A DNA stretch of 64,000 nt. Source: Coriobacteriia bacterium (lineage in GTDB: Bacteria > Actinomycetota > Coriobacteriia > Coriobacteriales > QAMH01). The number at the start of each line of letters is the position of its first letter. Positions within the stretch are counted from its first letter, which is position 1. Positions 28,150-37,910 of the stretch are shown piece by piece. The position numbers and the translations under genes were made by a program. A model generated the notes under the pieces. The model saw only the letters and a program-made list of their open reading frames with translations, ran no database searches and was not told the DNA's origin. The DNA lies in assembly GCA_003149935.1 (NCBI GenBank), contig QAMH01000006.1, positions 497,053 through 561,052 on the forward strand. Direction: 5' to 3'.

Positions 28150-28950
28150 TTAGTGCGATTCGGAAACCGCAAGACCGACGTAAACGGCCGTAAGTATCGA
28201 GAACACGTATGCCTGCAGGAACGCGACGAGGCACTCCATGGCATACATGACGATAAGCAAGAGAACCCATGCAATGGCAGGCAGGCCGATGACGAAGTTC
28301 ATAGCCTCGATGCTGCACTGCAGGAAGATGGTGGTCATAAGGGCGAAGATGCCAAGAATCATGTGGCCGGCGAACATGTTGCCGTAAAGTCGGACGGCAA
28401 GGGTAAGCCAACGCAGCACGAGCGAGATGAACTCGAAGAGCCAGATGATGGGAACCATCACGACGGGCAGACCAGACGGGGCGATGGACTTGATATAGCC
28501 AAGACCGCCCTTGCTCTTGATGCCCTGCCAGTTGAAGTAGATGAAGGCGACCGTTGCAAGCGCCCACGTCACGGAAAGCGAACCCGTGGGAGTCTTGCAA
28601 CCCGGGATGAGTCCGATGACGTTTGAGATGAGAATGAAGAAGAAGAAGGTGAGGATGACGGGCATGAACTTCTGATAGCCCTTGCCGATTGCGTTCTCGC
28701 CCATGTTGACGCAAATGCGCTCATAGCCCCATTCGACCATATTGGCGAACTTGTTGGTGGGGATGATGCTCAGACGTTTGCCGGCAAGAATGACGACGAG
28801 CGCGGTAAGCACCATCGAGATGATCATCCAGAAGATGTACTGCGTGAGGCCGACCTCGCCGCCTCCACTAATAAGGTACATCGAATCGAACGAGTGTTGC
28901 AGTTCCTCGAGAGGCTCTCCTTGAAGTACCTCTAACGGATTGATATCCAC
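28150..28950 (-). CDS. atpB: Fo ATP synthase subunit a
   Basis: 266 aa, multi-TM, with the conserved LTLAVRLYGNMFAGH motif carrying the essential Arg. Confidence 0.96.
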   Translation of the reverse strand: MDINPLEVLQGEPLEELQHSFDSMYLISGGGEVGLTQYIFWMIISMVLTALVVILAGKRLSIIPTNKFANMVEWGYERICVNMGENAIGKGYQKFMPVILTFFFFILISNVIGLIPGCKTPTGSLSVTWALATVAFIYFNWQGIKSKGGLGYIKSIAPSGLPVVMVPIIWLFEFISLVLRWLTLAVRLYGNMFAGHMILGIFALMTTIFLQCSIEAMNFVIGLPAIAWVLLLIVMYAMECLVAFLQAYVFSILTAVYVGLAVSESH

Positions 28951-28966
28951 TTTCGCCCTCTCCGTT

Positions 28967-29278
28967 CTACTTACGTATAGCTTTCGCTATTCCATAACCG
29001 AGCGCCGCGACAACAAGTGTGCAGGCCTCTGCCAAAGCAAAGGGCACGACACTCGATCGAGCCACGACAACGCAAATGACTGTCGCCAAAGCGAGGACCA
29101 CAAACGAGCCTCCGACGGCCAGCAATACCGGAGTGAGGTACCCGGCAGCCGATTGCTGCGCATCCATTCGCTTCGCGCTGCGAACTCCAGCCCACATGGG
29201 AACCAAGCTTACCAAACCCGCGAGAATGCCCGCGATGATCGCTATCGCCATGTAGCTAGTTCTCCCCAAAGACAGCAC
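28967..29278 (-). CDS. small hydrophobic protein upstream of atpB (AtpI/AtpZ-like by position)
   Basis: 94-103 aa with 3-4 TM segments, immediately 5' of atpB. Start ambiguous (GTG 29278 or ATG 29251). Assignment is by position and topology only. Confidence 0.45.
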   Translation of the reverse strand: MLSLGRTSYMAIAIIAGILAGLVSLVPMWAGVRSAKRMDAQQSAAGYLTPVLLAVGGSFVVLALATVICVVVARSSVVPFALAEACTLVVAALGYGIAKAIRK

Positions 29279-29432
29279 TCACACAAAACACTCCAAAGTA
29301 TAATGGCGGCCGCAGCACTTCATAGTGGCAATCCCAGTGAACTGCCGCTATTTCAGGCGAACGGCATGCGTAAGTTAGCTTTGGCAAAAACCTAAGGTCA
29401 CGAACTCGCGATCATGAAACGACCGTACGGCG

Positions 29433-29885
29433 TCAGTCCTCGAATCTTCGGACGACGATTCCCGACTCGTCCAGAAGCTCACGCGCGAGGTCATCGGGAT
29501 AGCCTTCCGCATAGACAATCTCCGTGATGCCCGCGTTGATGAGCATCTTGGTGCATTGCGTGCAGGGCTGCGTCGTGCAGTAGAGCGTGGCGCCTTCGAT
29601 GGAGACGCCGTAACGCGCGGCTTGGATGATGGCGTTTTGCTCGGCATGAATGCCACGGCAGAGCTCATGCTGCTGCCCGGACGGGATGCCGAGCTTCTCG
29701 CGCAGGCATCCGATGTCGAGGCAATGCGCGAGCCCCGTCGGTCCGCCGTTGTAACCGCTGGCGATGATGCGCTTGTCGTGCACGAGTATGGCACCGACGG
29801 CGCGACGCAGACAGGTCGAGCGCGTGGCGACCCGCTTCGTGATATCCATGAAATACTCGTCCCAGCTCGGGCGCGTATCAGCCAT
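29433..29885 (-). CDS. deoxycytidylate (dCMP) deaminase, ComEB-type
   Basis: Zinc-binding motifs HAEQNAI and [14 protein letters not shown]. Start at ATG 29885 ([15 protein letters not shown]). Confidence 0.88.
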   Translation of the reverse strand: MADTRPSWDEYFMDITKRVATRSTCLRRAVGAILVHDKRIIASGYNGGPTGLAHCLDIGCLREKLGIPSGQQHELCRGIHAEQNAIIQAARYGVSIEGATLYCTTQPCTQCTKMLINAGITEIVYAEGYPDDLARELLDESGIVVRRFED

Positions 29886-29910
29886 GCGTCTTCCTCCTAC
29901 CGCCCGTTTA

Positions 29911-31164
29911 CTAGGCAATCTCGGGATACAGGGGGTGCTTCTCGAGCATGTCGTGCACCTCGCCCGCTACCTTGTCGAGAACGGTTTGATTATCCCGGTT
30001 GAAGATAACCTGGGCAATGAAGCCGCCGATGACACGAGCTTCGTTGGCATCGAAGCCGCGCGAGGTAATCGTCGCGCTGCCCACGCGCACGCCGCTCGTG
30101 ATGCTGCTCGGCAGCGGATCATTGGGGATGGCGTTCTTGTTGGTCGTGATGCCGAGCGGCTCGAGCAGCTCCTCGGCCTCCTTGCCGGTGATGCCGGCAG
30201 GCGTGAGGTCGACGAGGCAGAGGTGATTGTCGGTGCCACCCGAAACGAGGCGCAGACCACCTTCGACGAGGCCCTCGCCCAGGGCGGCGGCGTTCTCGAC
30301 GACGGCATGCGCGTAGTCGGAGAATTCCGGACGGGCAGCCTCGCCAAAGGCGACGGCCTTGGCGGCGATGACGTGCATGAGCGGACCGCCCTGCCAACCG
30401 GGGAACACGGCCTTGTTGTACTTCTCGTAAATCTCCTCGTTGTTCGTGACCATGAAACCACCGCGCGGACCGCGCAAAGTCTTGTGCGAGGTCGAGGTAA
30501 CGATGTCGGCATGAGGCACCGGCGAAGGATGCGCACCGCCGGCAACGAGACCCGCGATATGCGCCATGTCGACCATAAGATAGGCACCAACCTCATGGGC
30601 GATGTCGGCAAATGCCTCGAAGTCGATGATACGCGGATAAGCCGACGCACCGGCAACGATAAGATCAGGCTTGACCTCCTGGGCAATAGCGCGAACCTCG
30701 TCCATGTCGATGCGTTCGGTCTCGGGATTCAAGCCGTAGGAGTGGGCGTCGTAGAAGCGACCCGAGAGCGAGAACTTGGCGCCATGCGAAAGATGACCGC
30801 CCGCCGGAAGCGACATGCCCAGAATGGTGGCACCCGGGTCGAGCAGCGCAAAATAGGCTGCCGAGTTGGCGCAGACACCCGAATGCGGCTGGACGTTGGC
30901 GTATGCCGCATCGAACACCTCGCAAGCGCGGTTGCGCGCGATGGTCTCGATGGTATCGACATTGGCACAACCACCGTAATAGCGCTTGCCAGGATAGCCT
31001 TCGGCGTACTTGTTGGTAAGGATCGTGCCCATCGTTTCAATGACCGGCAGCGAGGGAATGTTCTCGGACGCAATCAGCTCGAGCGTGTTGCGCTGGCGCG
31101 TCAGCTCGTCGTTGATGGCGGCGGAAATCTCGGGGTCTGCTTGGGCAAGTAGCTCGTTATTCAT
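29911..31164 (-). CDS. glyA: serine hydroxymethyltransferase
   Basis: PLP-lysine motif [14 protein letters not shown], 417 aa. Confidence 0.98.
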   Translation of the reverse strand: MNNELLAQADPEISAAINDELTRQRNTLELIASENIPSLPVIETMGTILTNKYAEGYPGKRYYGGCANVDTIETIARNRACEVFDAAYANVQPHSGVCANSAAYFALLDPGATILGMSLPAGGHLSHGAKFSLSGRFYDAHSYGLNPETERIDMDEVRAIAQEVKPDLIVAGASAYPRIIDFEAFADIAHEVGAYLMVDMAHIAGLVAGGAHPSPVPHADIVTSTSHKTLRGPRGGFMVTNNEEIYEKYNKAVFPGWQGGPLMHVIAAKAVAFGEAARPEFSDYAHAVVENAAALGEGLVEGGLRLVSGGTDNHLCLVDLTPAGITGKEAEELLEPLGITTNKNAIPNDPLPSSITSGVRVGSATITSRGFDANEARVIGGFIAQVIFNRDNQTVLDKVAGEVHDMLEKHPLYPEIA

Positions 31165-31177
31165 GGGCGAAGTTCTC

Positions 31178-31630
31178 CTACTCTTCGGTTTCGATGGTCA
31201 TGATCTTCTCGACTCTGCGGGCATGCCTATCACCCGAAAACTCGGTACCGAGGAAGGTTTCAAGAATTGCCTTGTTGTCCTCGAGGGACGTGAAACGTCC
31301 CGAAAGCGTTGCAATGTTCGCGTTGTTATGCTCGCGCGAAAGCTTGGCGAACTCGGTGGACGTAAGATTGGCGGCACGAATGCCATGCACTTTGTTGGCG
31401 GCAATCATCATGCCGATACCCGTACCGCAGACGAGCACGCCGTAATCATCATCGCCCTGTGCCACGGCACGGGCGGCACGTTTGGCGTAATCGGGATAGT
31501 CGACGCTTTCCTCGCTATCGCAGCCGAAGTCATCAACCGTAAAGCCAAGATCCTCGAGCCACGGCTTAAGCGCTTCCTTCTGCTCGAAGCCGCCATGGTC
31601 CGATGCCAAGGCGATACGCAGTTGTGCCAT
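31178..31630 (-). CDS. rpiB: ribose-5-phosphate isomerase B
   Basis: MAQLRIALASDHGG N-terminus and CGTGIGM motif. The second ATG (31630) has GAGAGGG 7 nt upstream. Confidence 0.93.
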   Translation of the reverse strand: MAQLRIALASDHGGFEQKEALKPWLEDLGFTVDDFGCDSEESVDYPDYAKRAARAVAQGDDDYGVLVCGTGIGMMIAANKVHGIRAANLTSTEFAKLSREHNNANIATLSGRFTSLEDNKAILETFLGTEFSGDRHARRVEKIMTIETEE

Positions 31631-31672
31631 TGTCATGCCCTCTCGTCGCTATGTGCAAATCAGTCAAGAGAG

Positions 31673-31825
31673 GTACCGCATTTTCGAGCTTGCTCTCGCA
31701 CCCGATGAGCGATTGTCGCGAAGCTGCTGCGGAACTCGCACGCAAAGACCGCGTGCTCAGACAGTCCTCGCAAGACCGCTTCGCGAAAATCGCTCATCTG
31801 CTCCAGATGCTCGAAAATGCGGTAC
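31673..31825. repeat. long nested imperfect palindrome in the tsaC/rpiB spacer
   Basis: Outer arms 31673-31689 / 31809-31825 pair 17/17 (GTACCGCATTTTCGAGC). Middle arms 31704-31724 / 31778-31798 pair 20/21 (GATGAGCGATTGTCGCGAAGC). Inner hairpin GCACGC-aaagacc-GCGTGC at 31738-31756. Confidence 0.8.
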
Positions 31826-31846
31826 GTCCCCACTAGTGATGCCGTT

Positions 31847-32464
31847 TTACTCGTGGCTTGTAAGTGTAGCACCGAAGGCAGCTACATCGAGTAGGACTTG
31901 CTCGGGTATCGGCCCTTCACGCAGTATCTTCGGATAAGGGCCCGTGCAATCCACAATCGTTGACGCGCGGCCAACGCAACACACCTCGGATAGAGAGTCG
32001 CCACCAGGCAACTCGCGCATGGATGCGGGGACATCCGCCAGGCGCGAGGGCGCGGGTTCGCCATGGACATTCGCGCTCGTGCAGGCGAGCGGGGCATCGA
32101 GCTCTGCGAGGAGCGCGAGCAGCTCGGGCGCATCAGGGCTGCGCAGCGCGATGGTCCCATCGTCTGCGACGTCACCAAGTTCGCGCGCGGCACTCGAGGC
32201 ACGCACGACGAGGGTGAGCGCACCAGGCCAGAACATCTGGGCCAGACGACGGGCATAGGCTGGAACGTCGTCCGCGAGCGCATCGAGCACGTGGACATCA
32301 TGCACGAGCCAGGGCAGCACCTGATCGGCGGGACGCTCCTTGAGTTCGAAGATGCTCGCGTATCCCATAGAGCCGGGAAGAGCCGCAAGGCCGTAGACAG
32401 TATCGGTCGCGACGATCACGGCTTGTCCATCGCGTAGCGCCCGAGAAAGCGTGGAGGCCGTCAT
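31847..32464 (-). CDS. tsaC: L-threonylcarbamoyladenylate synthase (YrdC/TsaC-type)
   Basis: 205 aa with YrdC-domain motifs VIVATDTVYGLAA and LTLVVR. Start overlaps the recN stop (TGATG). Confidence 0.85.
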   Translation of the reverse strand: MTASTLSRALRDGQAVIVATDTVYGLAALPGSMGYASIFELKERPADQVLPWLVHDVHVLDALADDVPAYARRLAQMFWPGALTLVVRASSAARELGDVADDGTIALRSPDAPELLALLAELDAPLACTSANVHGEPAPSRLADVPASMRELPGGDSLSEVCCVGRASTIVDCTGPYPKILREGPIPEQVLLDVAAFGATLTSHE

Positions 32465-34086
32465 CAGCGCGTCCCTTCGAGCAGGGAGCGTGCATGGTCG
32501 AGCGCACGCTCGTCATCGTCTCCCGAGAGCATGCGAGCAATCTCCGTCACGCGCGCCTCGCCCACGACGGGCTCGACGCTCGTATGCGGCATCCCGTCAG
32601 CGCCATTCTGCTTGCTCACCACATAGTGCTCGTCGGCCAGCGCGGCAACCTGCGCCAAATGCGTGACGACAATGACCTGCGCGTCTTTCGAAAGCGCCGC
32701 GAGCCTGCGTGCCACGGCATTGCCGGTGGCACCACCGATGCCGGAATCGACCTCATCAAAGACGATGGTCGAGCGTGACGCACCGGTATCGGAAGAATCG
32801 TAGTGCAGGCACTCGAGCGCAAGCAGGATGCGCGAGAGTTCGCCACCAGATGCGATGCGACGCAACGGACGGGGTTTAGACGCCGGGGCGGGTTGGTAGA
32901 GAAGCTCGACCTGCTCGCTACCAGCTTCACCCCAACGCTCGAAGGGCAGCTCGTCAAACGAGAACTCGAAGCTCGCCCCCTCCATCGCAAGCTCGCTTAC
33001 GGTCTTTGCGAGCTGCTCGCAGAAGCTCTGCGCTGCATCGTGTCGCGCAGCGCTAAGTGCCGCGGCGGCCTGACGATATGCGTCTTGCGCTTGAGCGAGG
33101 CATGCGCGCGCCCGCTCCATGCGTTCGGGCGAGTCCTGGGCTTGTTCAAGGGAGCGTCTCGCCGCCTCCCAGGTGGCGAAAACCTGGTCCATGCCAGGGC
33201 CAAAGCGTTTCATAAGGCCATTGAGCTTATCGAGACGATCAAGCGTCTCCTCGAGCCTGCTCGGATCCGTGTCGATGCCCTGCGCATACGCGCTCAGGTC
33301 ACGGGTGAGGTCCTCAAGCTCCTGCATCTGGACGTCAAGCCGACCAATGAGCTCATCGAGATCCTCATCGATTCCCTGTTGCCGCATGAGCTCCGAAGTC
33401 GCCCGGGCGATGAGGTCGAGGGCGCCATCGTCATCATGCAGCGCAGCGCAGGCACCTTGCAAAGCCTGAGCGAGCTGGTCTGCATGCTGCAGACGCGGCA
33501 ACTGTTCCTCAAGCTCCTCGAGCTCGCCTGCCTGCGGGTTGACCTTCTCGATCTGCTCGCAGGTGAAACGCATGAACTCGAGCTCCTGCTCGTTTTTGCC
33601 CTGGGCCTGTTCGAGCTCGTCAAGAGTGGCGCGTGCCTGCTGGTAGGCCGTGCGAGCCTCGGCGTAGCGAGCACGGAGCTCGTCATCTTGCGCCCACGCA
33701 TCAAGATAGGCGAGCTGGCGAGCCGGCTCCAGGAGAAGCACCTGCTCATGTTGCCCGTGCACTTCGATCGACGACGTGAGTGTGGCAAGCTCGCCGACGG
33801 TGGCCATTGCTCCGTCAATCGTACAACGGCTACGCCCGGCGACACTCAGACGCCGACGAACGATATGCTCGTCTACATCGACGATGCGTGCTTCGGCAAG
33901 CGCCTCCTCGGCACCATCACGCACCACCGTATTGTCGGCACGCGCACCACATATGAGCTTGAGGGCCGCGAGAAGCGCCGTCTTTCCCGCACCCGTCTCG
34001 CCCGTGAGGACGGTCAGACCCGGTGCGAAGGCTATGGTCGCGTCCTCGATGAGGGCGATATTGGATACATGGAGCTCGTCGAGCAT
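32464..34086 (-). CDS. recN: DNA repair protein RecN
   Basis: N-terminal Walker A LTGETGAGKTALL, a long coiled coil, and a C-terminal SMC signature (ASGGELSRILLAL, FDEVDSGIGG). Start at ATG 34086 (MLDELHVSNIALIEDA). Confidence 0.95.
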   Translation of the reverse strand: MLDELHVSNIALIEDATIAFAPGLTVLTGETGAGKTALLAALKLICGARADNTVVRDGAEEALAEARIVDVDEHIVRRRLSVAGRSRCTIDGAMATVGELATLTSSIEVHGQHEQVLLLEPARQLAYLDAWAQDDELRARYAEARTAYQQARATLDELEQAQGKNEQELEFMRFTCEQIEKVNPQAGELEELEEQLPRLQHADQLAQALQGACAALHDDDGALDLIARATSELMRQQGIDEDLDELIGRLDVQMQELEDLTRDLSAYAQGIDTDPSRLEETLDRLDKLNGLMKRFGPGMDQVFATWEAARRSLEQAQDSPERMERARACLAQAQDAYRQAAAALSAARHDAAQSFCEQLAKTVSELAMEGASFEFSFDELPFERWGEAGSEQVELLYQPAPASKPRPLRRIASGGELSRILLALECLHYDSSDTGASRSTIVFDEVDSGIGGATGNAVARRLAALSKDAQVIVVTHLAQVAALADEHYVVSKQNGADGMPHTSVEPVVGEARVTEIARMLSGDDDERALDHARSLLEGTR

Positions 34087-34096
34087 GTGCCCCTCC

Positions 34097-34942
34097 CTAT
34101 TGTCGCTCGGGCATGTCCGGATGCGGACCACCGAAGAAGACGCGCGAGACATTGCGGAAGAAGGCGTCGCCACCGCGTGCCAAGAGCAAGTCACGCTCTC
34201 CGCGGCGCACCTCTATCGAGGAGGGCTGGTCGACATCGATCATGACCCCATCTACGAACACCGACGCATCGCGCGAACGCGTCGTATCCATGATGACCTC
34301 GAGCACATCCGAAGGCGCGAGCACAATGGCACGGGTGTTGAGCGCATGGGGCGCAACCGGCACGACGACAAGACCCGTATAGGCCGGAGACACGATGGGG
34401 CCACCAGCCGAGAGCGCGTAGCCCGTCGATCCTGTGGGCGTGGCAACCACCAGGCCATCGGCCTTGAGCTGCGCAATGGTGATTCCGTTGATGCCGTAGC
34501 GATACTCGACCACGCGCCCGCTACGACCGCGTGTATAGGCAATCTCATTGAGAGCGGTCGCGTTGATGACCTGGCCGTCAGCCTGCTCTATCGTGATGTC
34601 GGCTGTCGAGCGATGCTCGAAGACCATGTCACCAGCCAGGGCGTTCGTGACGAGCTCGACATCATCGCGTGCCGGATTGCCGGAAAGAAACGAGAGGGTG
34701 CCGTAATTGAGGGCGAGCATGGGCACGGGAGCAAAATCGACAAGACGTGCGGCGCGCAGGAAGGTACCGTCGCCACCCATGCAAACGACAAGCGCGAGCT
34801 CGTCGACGGGGACAGACAGCTGGTCAGGCGCCTTGGAGTCCTGGACGAGGGCATCGATACCGGATATGACAAGGCGCGAAGCGAGATAGTGGGCCGCGGT
34901 ACCAACCTCGTCCACGTTGCTTGGCACGATCAGAACCTTCAC
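34097..34942 (-). CDS. nadK: NAD+ kinase
   Basis: GGDGTFLRAAR motif. The tlyA-nadK-recN order is as in actinobacteria. Confidence 0.93.
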   Translation of the reverse strand: MKVLIVPSNVDEVGTAAHYLASRLVISGIDALVQDSKAPDQLSVPVDELALVVCMGGDGTFLRAARLVDFAPVPMLALNYGTLSFLSGNPARDDVELVTNALAGDMVFEHRSTADITIEQADGQVINATALNEIAYTRGRSGRVVEYRYGINGITIAQLKADGLVVATPTGSTGYALSAGGPIVSPAYTGLVVVPVAPHALNTRAIVLAPSDVLEVIMDTTRSRDASVFVDGVMIDVDQPSSIEVRRGERDLLLARGGDAFFRNVSRVFFGGPHPDMPERQ

Positions 34943-35760
34943 GATTCACCTTTCAGCTTGGCATGCGCCTCTGCGACGACACGCTCGATTTCATCGAAGC
35001 ACATACTACCCTCTCGCGGGGAATCGCATGGCCGGGATTTCGCCCAAAAGAGAAACTCGATATTACCCGCAGGGCCCGTGACGGGTGAATACGTGAGACC
35101 GCAGACCTCGAATCCGCAGGCACGCGCGCTCTCGAAAACCGCCTCGATGCAGCGAGCGTGTGCCTGGGGATCGTGTACGACGCCCCCTTCTCCAACGTCT
35201 TCCTTGGATGCCTCGAATTGCGGTTTGATAAGCGAGACGAAGCAACCCTGGGGCTTCAGGAACGCGGCGACATCGCTCATGACAGACGCAAGGCTGATGA
35301 ACGAAAGGTCGGCAACAACCAGATCGAAAGGACCGTCTATGTCGGCAGCACTCACGTTGCGGATGTTCGTACGCTCGAAAAGGCTCACACGTGGGTCATT
35401 GCGCAAACGCCAGTCGAATTGTCCCACGCCCACATCGACTGCGCTCACACGCGCAGCACCTCGCTGGAGCAGGCAGTCGGTAAAACCGCCACTCGAAGCG
35501 CCTAAGTCAGCACATGCAAGGCCCCCGACCTCAAGGCCGAAGGTATCGAGGGCCTGTTGGAGTTTGAGACCACCGCGCGACACGAAGCCACCACGCCGCT
35601 TATCGTCTTTAAGACGCAAGGCAACATCGGGCTTCACGCTCATGCCGGCACTCGTGGCGCGATGCTCACCCACCACGACCTCGCCAGCCATGACATACGC
35701 CTGAGCATCATGCAGGTCACGCGCGAGCCCGCGCTCTACGAGAAGCTCGTCAAGTCGCAT
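34939..35760 (-). CDS. tlyA: TlyA-family rRNA (cytidine-2'-O)-methyltransferase
   Basis: N-terminal S4 domain (RLDELLVERGLA) and FtsJ-type SAM motif DLGASSGGFTDCLLQRGA. Confidence 0.9.
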   Translation of the reverse strand: MRLDELLVERGLARDLHDAQAYVMAGEVVVGEHRATSAGMSVKPDVALRLKDDKRRGGFVSRGGLKLQQALDTFGLEVGGLACADLGASSGGFTDCLLQRGAARVSAVDVGVGQFDWRLRNDPRVSLFERTNIRNVSAADIDGPFDLVVADLSFISLASVMSDVAAFLKPQGCFVSLIKPQFEASKEDVGEGGVVHDPQAHARCIEAVFESARACGFEVCGLTYSPVTGPAGNIEFLFWAKSRPCDSPREGSMCFDEIERVVAEAHAKLKGES

Positions 35761-35769
35761 GGGTAACCT

Positions 35770-37641
35770 CTAGGATTGATACGCTGCGAGCACCTCGGCG
35801 CTGATGCTTTCCGCATCGAGTCCGAGCACTTCAAAGAGCTTGTCGACCGGACCTTGGGTCACGAAGGTGTCGGGGATGCCGAAGCGCCTGACCGGACAAC
35901 TCTCACCCATATCGGAAAGCAGCTCGAGCACGCCCGAACCGAATCCTCCCGTGATGACGCCATCCTCGAGCGTGAAGATATGGCCCGTATGGGCGGCATC
36001 ACGCAACGCGTCGGCATCAATGGGCTTGGCCCAGCGCATGTCCCAGATGGAAAGCTCGACTCCCTGACGCGCGGCTACCTCGGCAACCTCGCACGCGACA
36101 TCGACCATGCGACCCAAGGCGAGTAGCGCCCCGTCGGCACCGTCCCTGACCTTGACGGCATGACCCTCCTGCCACGGCTCGCATGCACCTGGAGCGACGG
36201 GGGCGCTGCCGCGCGGATAGCGAATGGCCACGGGCCCTTCGAGCGCCATGGCGCAGCGCAGCGCCATGCGCAGCTCCCCATCGCTGGAAGGGGCGAGGAT
36301 GCGCATGTTGGGAATCATACGCAGGTAGACAAGGTCGAAAACACCATGATGCGTAGGGCCATCATCACCCACGAGCCCCGCTCGATCAAGACAGAAGACG
36401 ACATGGGCCTTCTGTAGACCGACATTGACGATAGCTTGGTCGATGGCGCGCTGCATGAAAGTCGAGTAGATGGCGACGACGGGCTTCTTGCCTGCAAGCG
36501 CAAGCGAGCTTGCCATGCCAACGGCATGCTCCTCGGCTATGCCGACATCAAAGAAGCGCTCGGGGTAGGCCTTCGCGAAAGCGGAAAGTCCCGTGCCGCT
36601 CGCCATCGCCGCCGTGATGGCGACGATTGACGGATCATCCTCGGCAAGCTTGATGAGCTCGTCGGAGAAGACCTGCGTCCAGGTGGGATTAGCGTTCGAT
36701 TTGGGCTTGGGCGTACCCGACGCGATATCGAAGGGGCCGACGCCGTGGAAGAGCGCAGGGTTCTTTTCGGCGGGACCGTAGCCCTTGCCCTTCATCGTCA
36801 CCGCATGGATGACAACGGGGCCCTCGAGCGCCTTGGCATCACGGAGGATCTCCTCAAGCGTCTGGATGTCGTGCCCGTCCACCGGGCCGATATACGTGAC
36901 GCCGAAGCCCTCGAGAAAGGTCGCGCCGGGAAGCACGAATTGCTTGAATGACTCCTTCGCGGCGTTGCCGCCACGCATGAGCAGGCGCCCCAGCGTGCCA
37001 CTCGCGTTGAAGGCGTCCTCGACATGGTTGCGCAGCTGCGTGTACTGATCCGACATGCGCACCTTGGCAAGATAGGTCGAAAAGCCACCGACATTGGGCG
37101 AGATGGACATGCCGTTATCGTTGAGCACGATCAGAAGCGGCGTATTGGCACGACCGATGTCGTTGAGCGCCTCAAGTGCCATGCCGCCCGTAAACGAGGC
37201 ATCGCCGATGAGCGCGGCGATGGTCGCATCCGATCCGTCAAGGTCACGTGCAAGGGCATAGCCAAGCGCCGTCGAGAGCGAATCGGATGCATGGCCCGAA
37301 TCGTGGGCATCGTATGCGCTTTCGGTAATCTTGGGAAATCCGGAAATGCCCTCATACGTGCGCAAGGTCTTGAACTGCTTGCGCCGCCCCGTCAAGAGCT
37401 TGTGGGCGTACGCTTGATGGCCGACGTCGAAAACGAGACGGTCACGGGGGCAGTCAAGCACGCGATGAAGCGCGATGATGAGCTCGACGCTACCAAGCGA
37501 TGGCGCAAGGTGTCCGCCATGCAGCGACGTCGCCGCTATCATCTCGGCGCGCAGCTCGAAGGCCAGACGATTAAGCTGCTCATAGCTTAGATCAGCGAGG
37601 TCAGCGGGCGACTCTATCGTATCCAGAATCTTCTCAGTCAA
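35770..37641 (-). CDS. dxs: 1-deoxy-D-xylulose-5-phosphate synthase
   Basis: 623 aa with ThDP motifs (GHLAPSLGSVEL, GDASFTGGMALEALN) and a transketolase-like C-terminus. Confidence 0.97.
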   Translation of the reverse strand: MTEKILDTIESPADLADLSYEQLNRLAFELRAEMIAATSLHGGHLAPSLGSVELIIALHRVLDCPRDRLVFDVGHQAYAHKLLTGRRKQFKTLRTYEGISGFPKITESAYDAHDSGHASDSLSTALGYALARDLDGSDATIAALIGDASFTGGMALEALNDIGRANTPLLIVLNDNGMSISPNVGGFSTYLAKVRMSDQYTQLRNHVEDAFNASGTLGRLLMRGGNAAKESFKQFVLPGATFLEGFGVTYIGPVDGHDIQTLEEILRDAKALEGPVVIHAVTMKGKGYGPAEKNPALFHGVGPFDIASGTPKPKSNANPTWTQVFSDELIKLAEDDPSIVAITAAMASGTGLSAFAKAYPERFFDVGIAEEHAVGMASSLALAGKKPVVAIYSTFMQRAIDQAIVNVGLQKAHVVFCLDRAGLVGDDGPTHHGVFDLVYLRMIPNMRILAPSSDGELRMALRCAMALEGPVAIRYPRGSAPVAPGACEPWQEGHAVKVRDGADGALLALGRMVDVACEVAEVAARQGVELSIWDMRWAKPIDADALRDAAHTGHIFTLEDGVITGGFGSGVLELLSDMGESCPVRRFGIPDTFVTQGPVDKLFEVLGLDAESISAEVLAAYQS

Positions 37642-37661
37642 ATCCTGTCCGATCTTCGATG

Positions 37662-37910
37662 TTAGATCGTAATCTCGGGACCCTCTTCTTGACCAGCTTC
37701 GACGACCTCGTTGGCCTCGGCAATCTCGGCCGCCGTGTAATCGGGCTTGTCGATGAGCTCGGCACAGCGATTGCCAAGCCTGATAGCCTCCTCGTAGAGG
37801 TCGAGGCTCTTCTCGAGGGAGACGTCCTTGCTACGTACTTCGGAGACAATCTCATCGAGCCGCGCTCGGACCTCGCCGAATGTTTCCTTGGAACTCTCTG
37901 ACATCGTCAT
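37662..37910 (-). CDS. xseB: exodeoxyribonuclease VII small subunit
   Basis: 82 aa with the typical XseB helical hairpin (FGEVRARLDEIVSEVRSKDVSLEKSLDLYEEAIRLGNRCAELI). 4-nt overlap with the nusB stop. Confidence 0.85.
   Translation of the reverse strand: MTMSESSKETFGEVRARLDEIVSEVRSKDVSLEKSLDLYEEAIRLGNRCAELIDKPDYTAAEIAEANEVVEAGQEEGPEITI

Noticed and set aside
31637-31846. ZTP (pfl) or other folate/purine-type riboswitch upstream of rpiB-glyA
   Set aside because: The conserved ZTP elements (GGGUCGUGACUGGCG... and ...CCGCCUGGGCA) are absent. The region is a simple nested palindrome rather than a pseudoknotted two-domain fold. The 70-aa ORF 31660-31872 overlapping it starts inside tsaC and lacks an SD.
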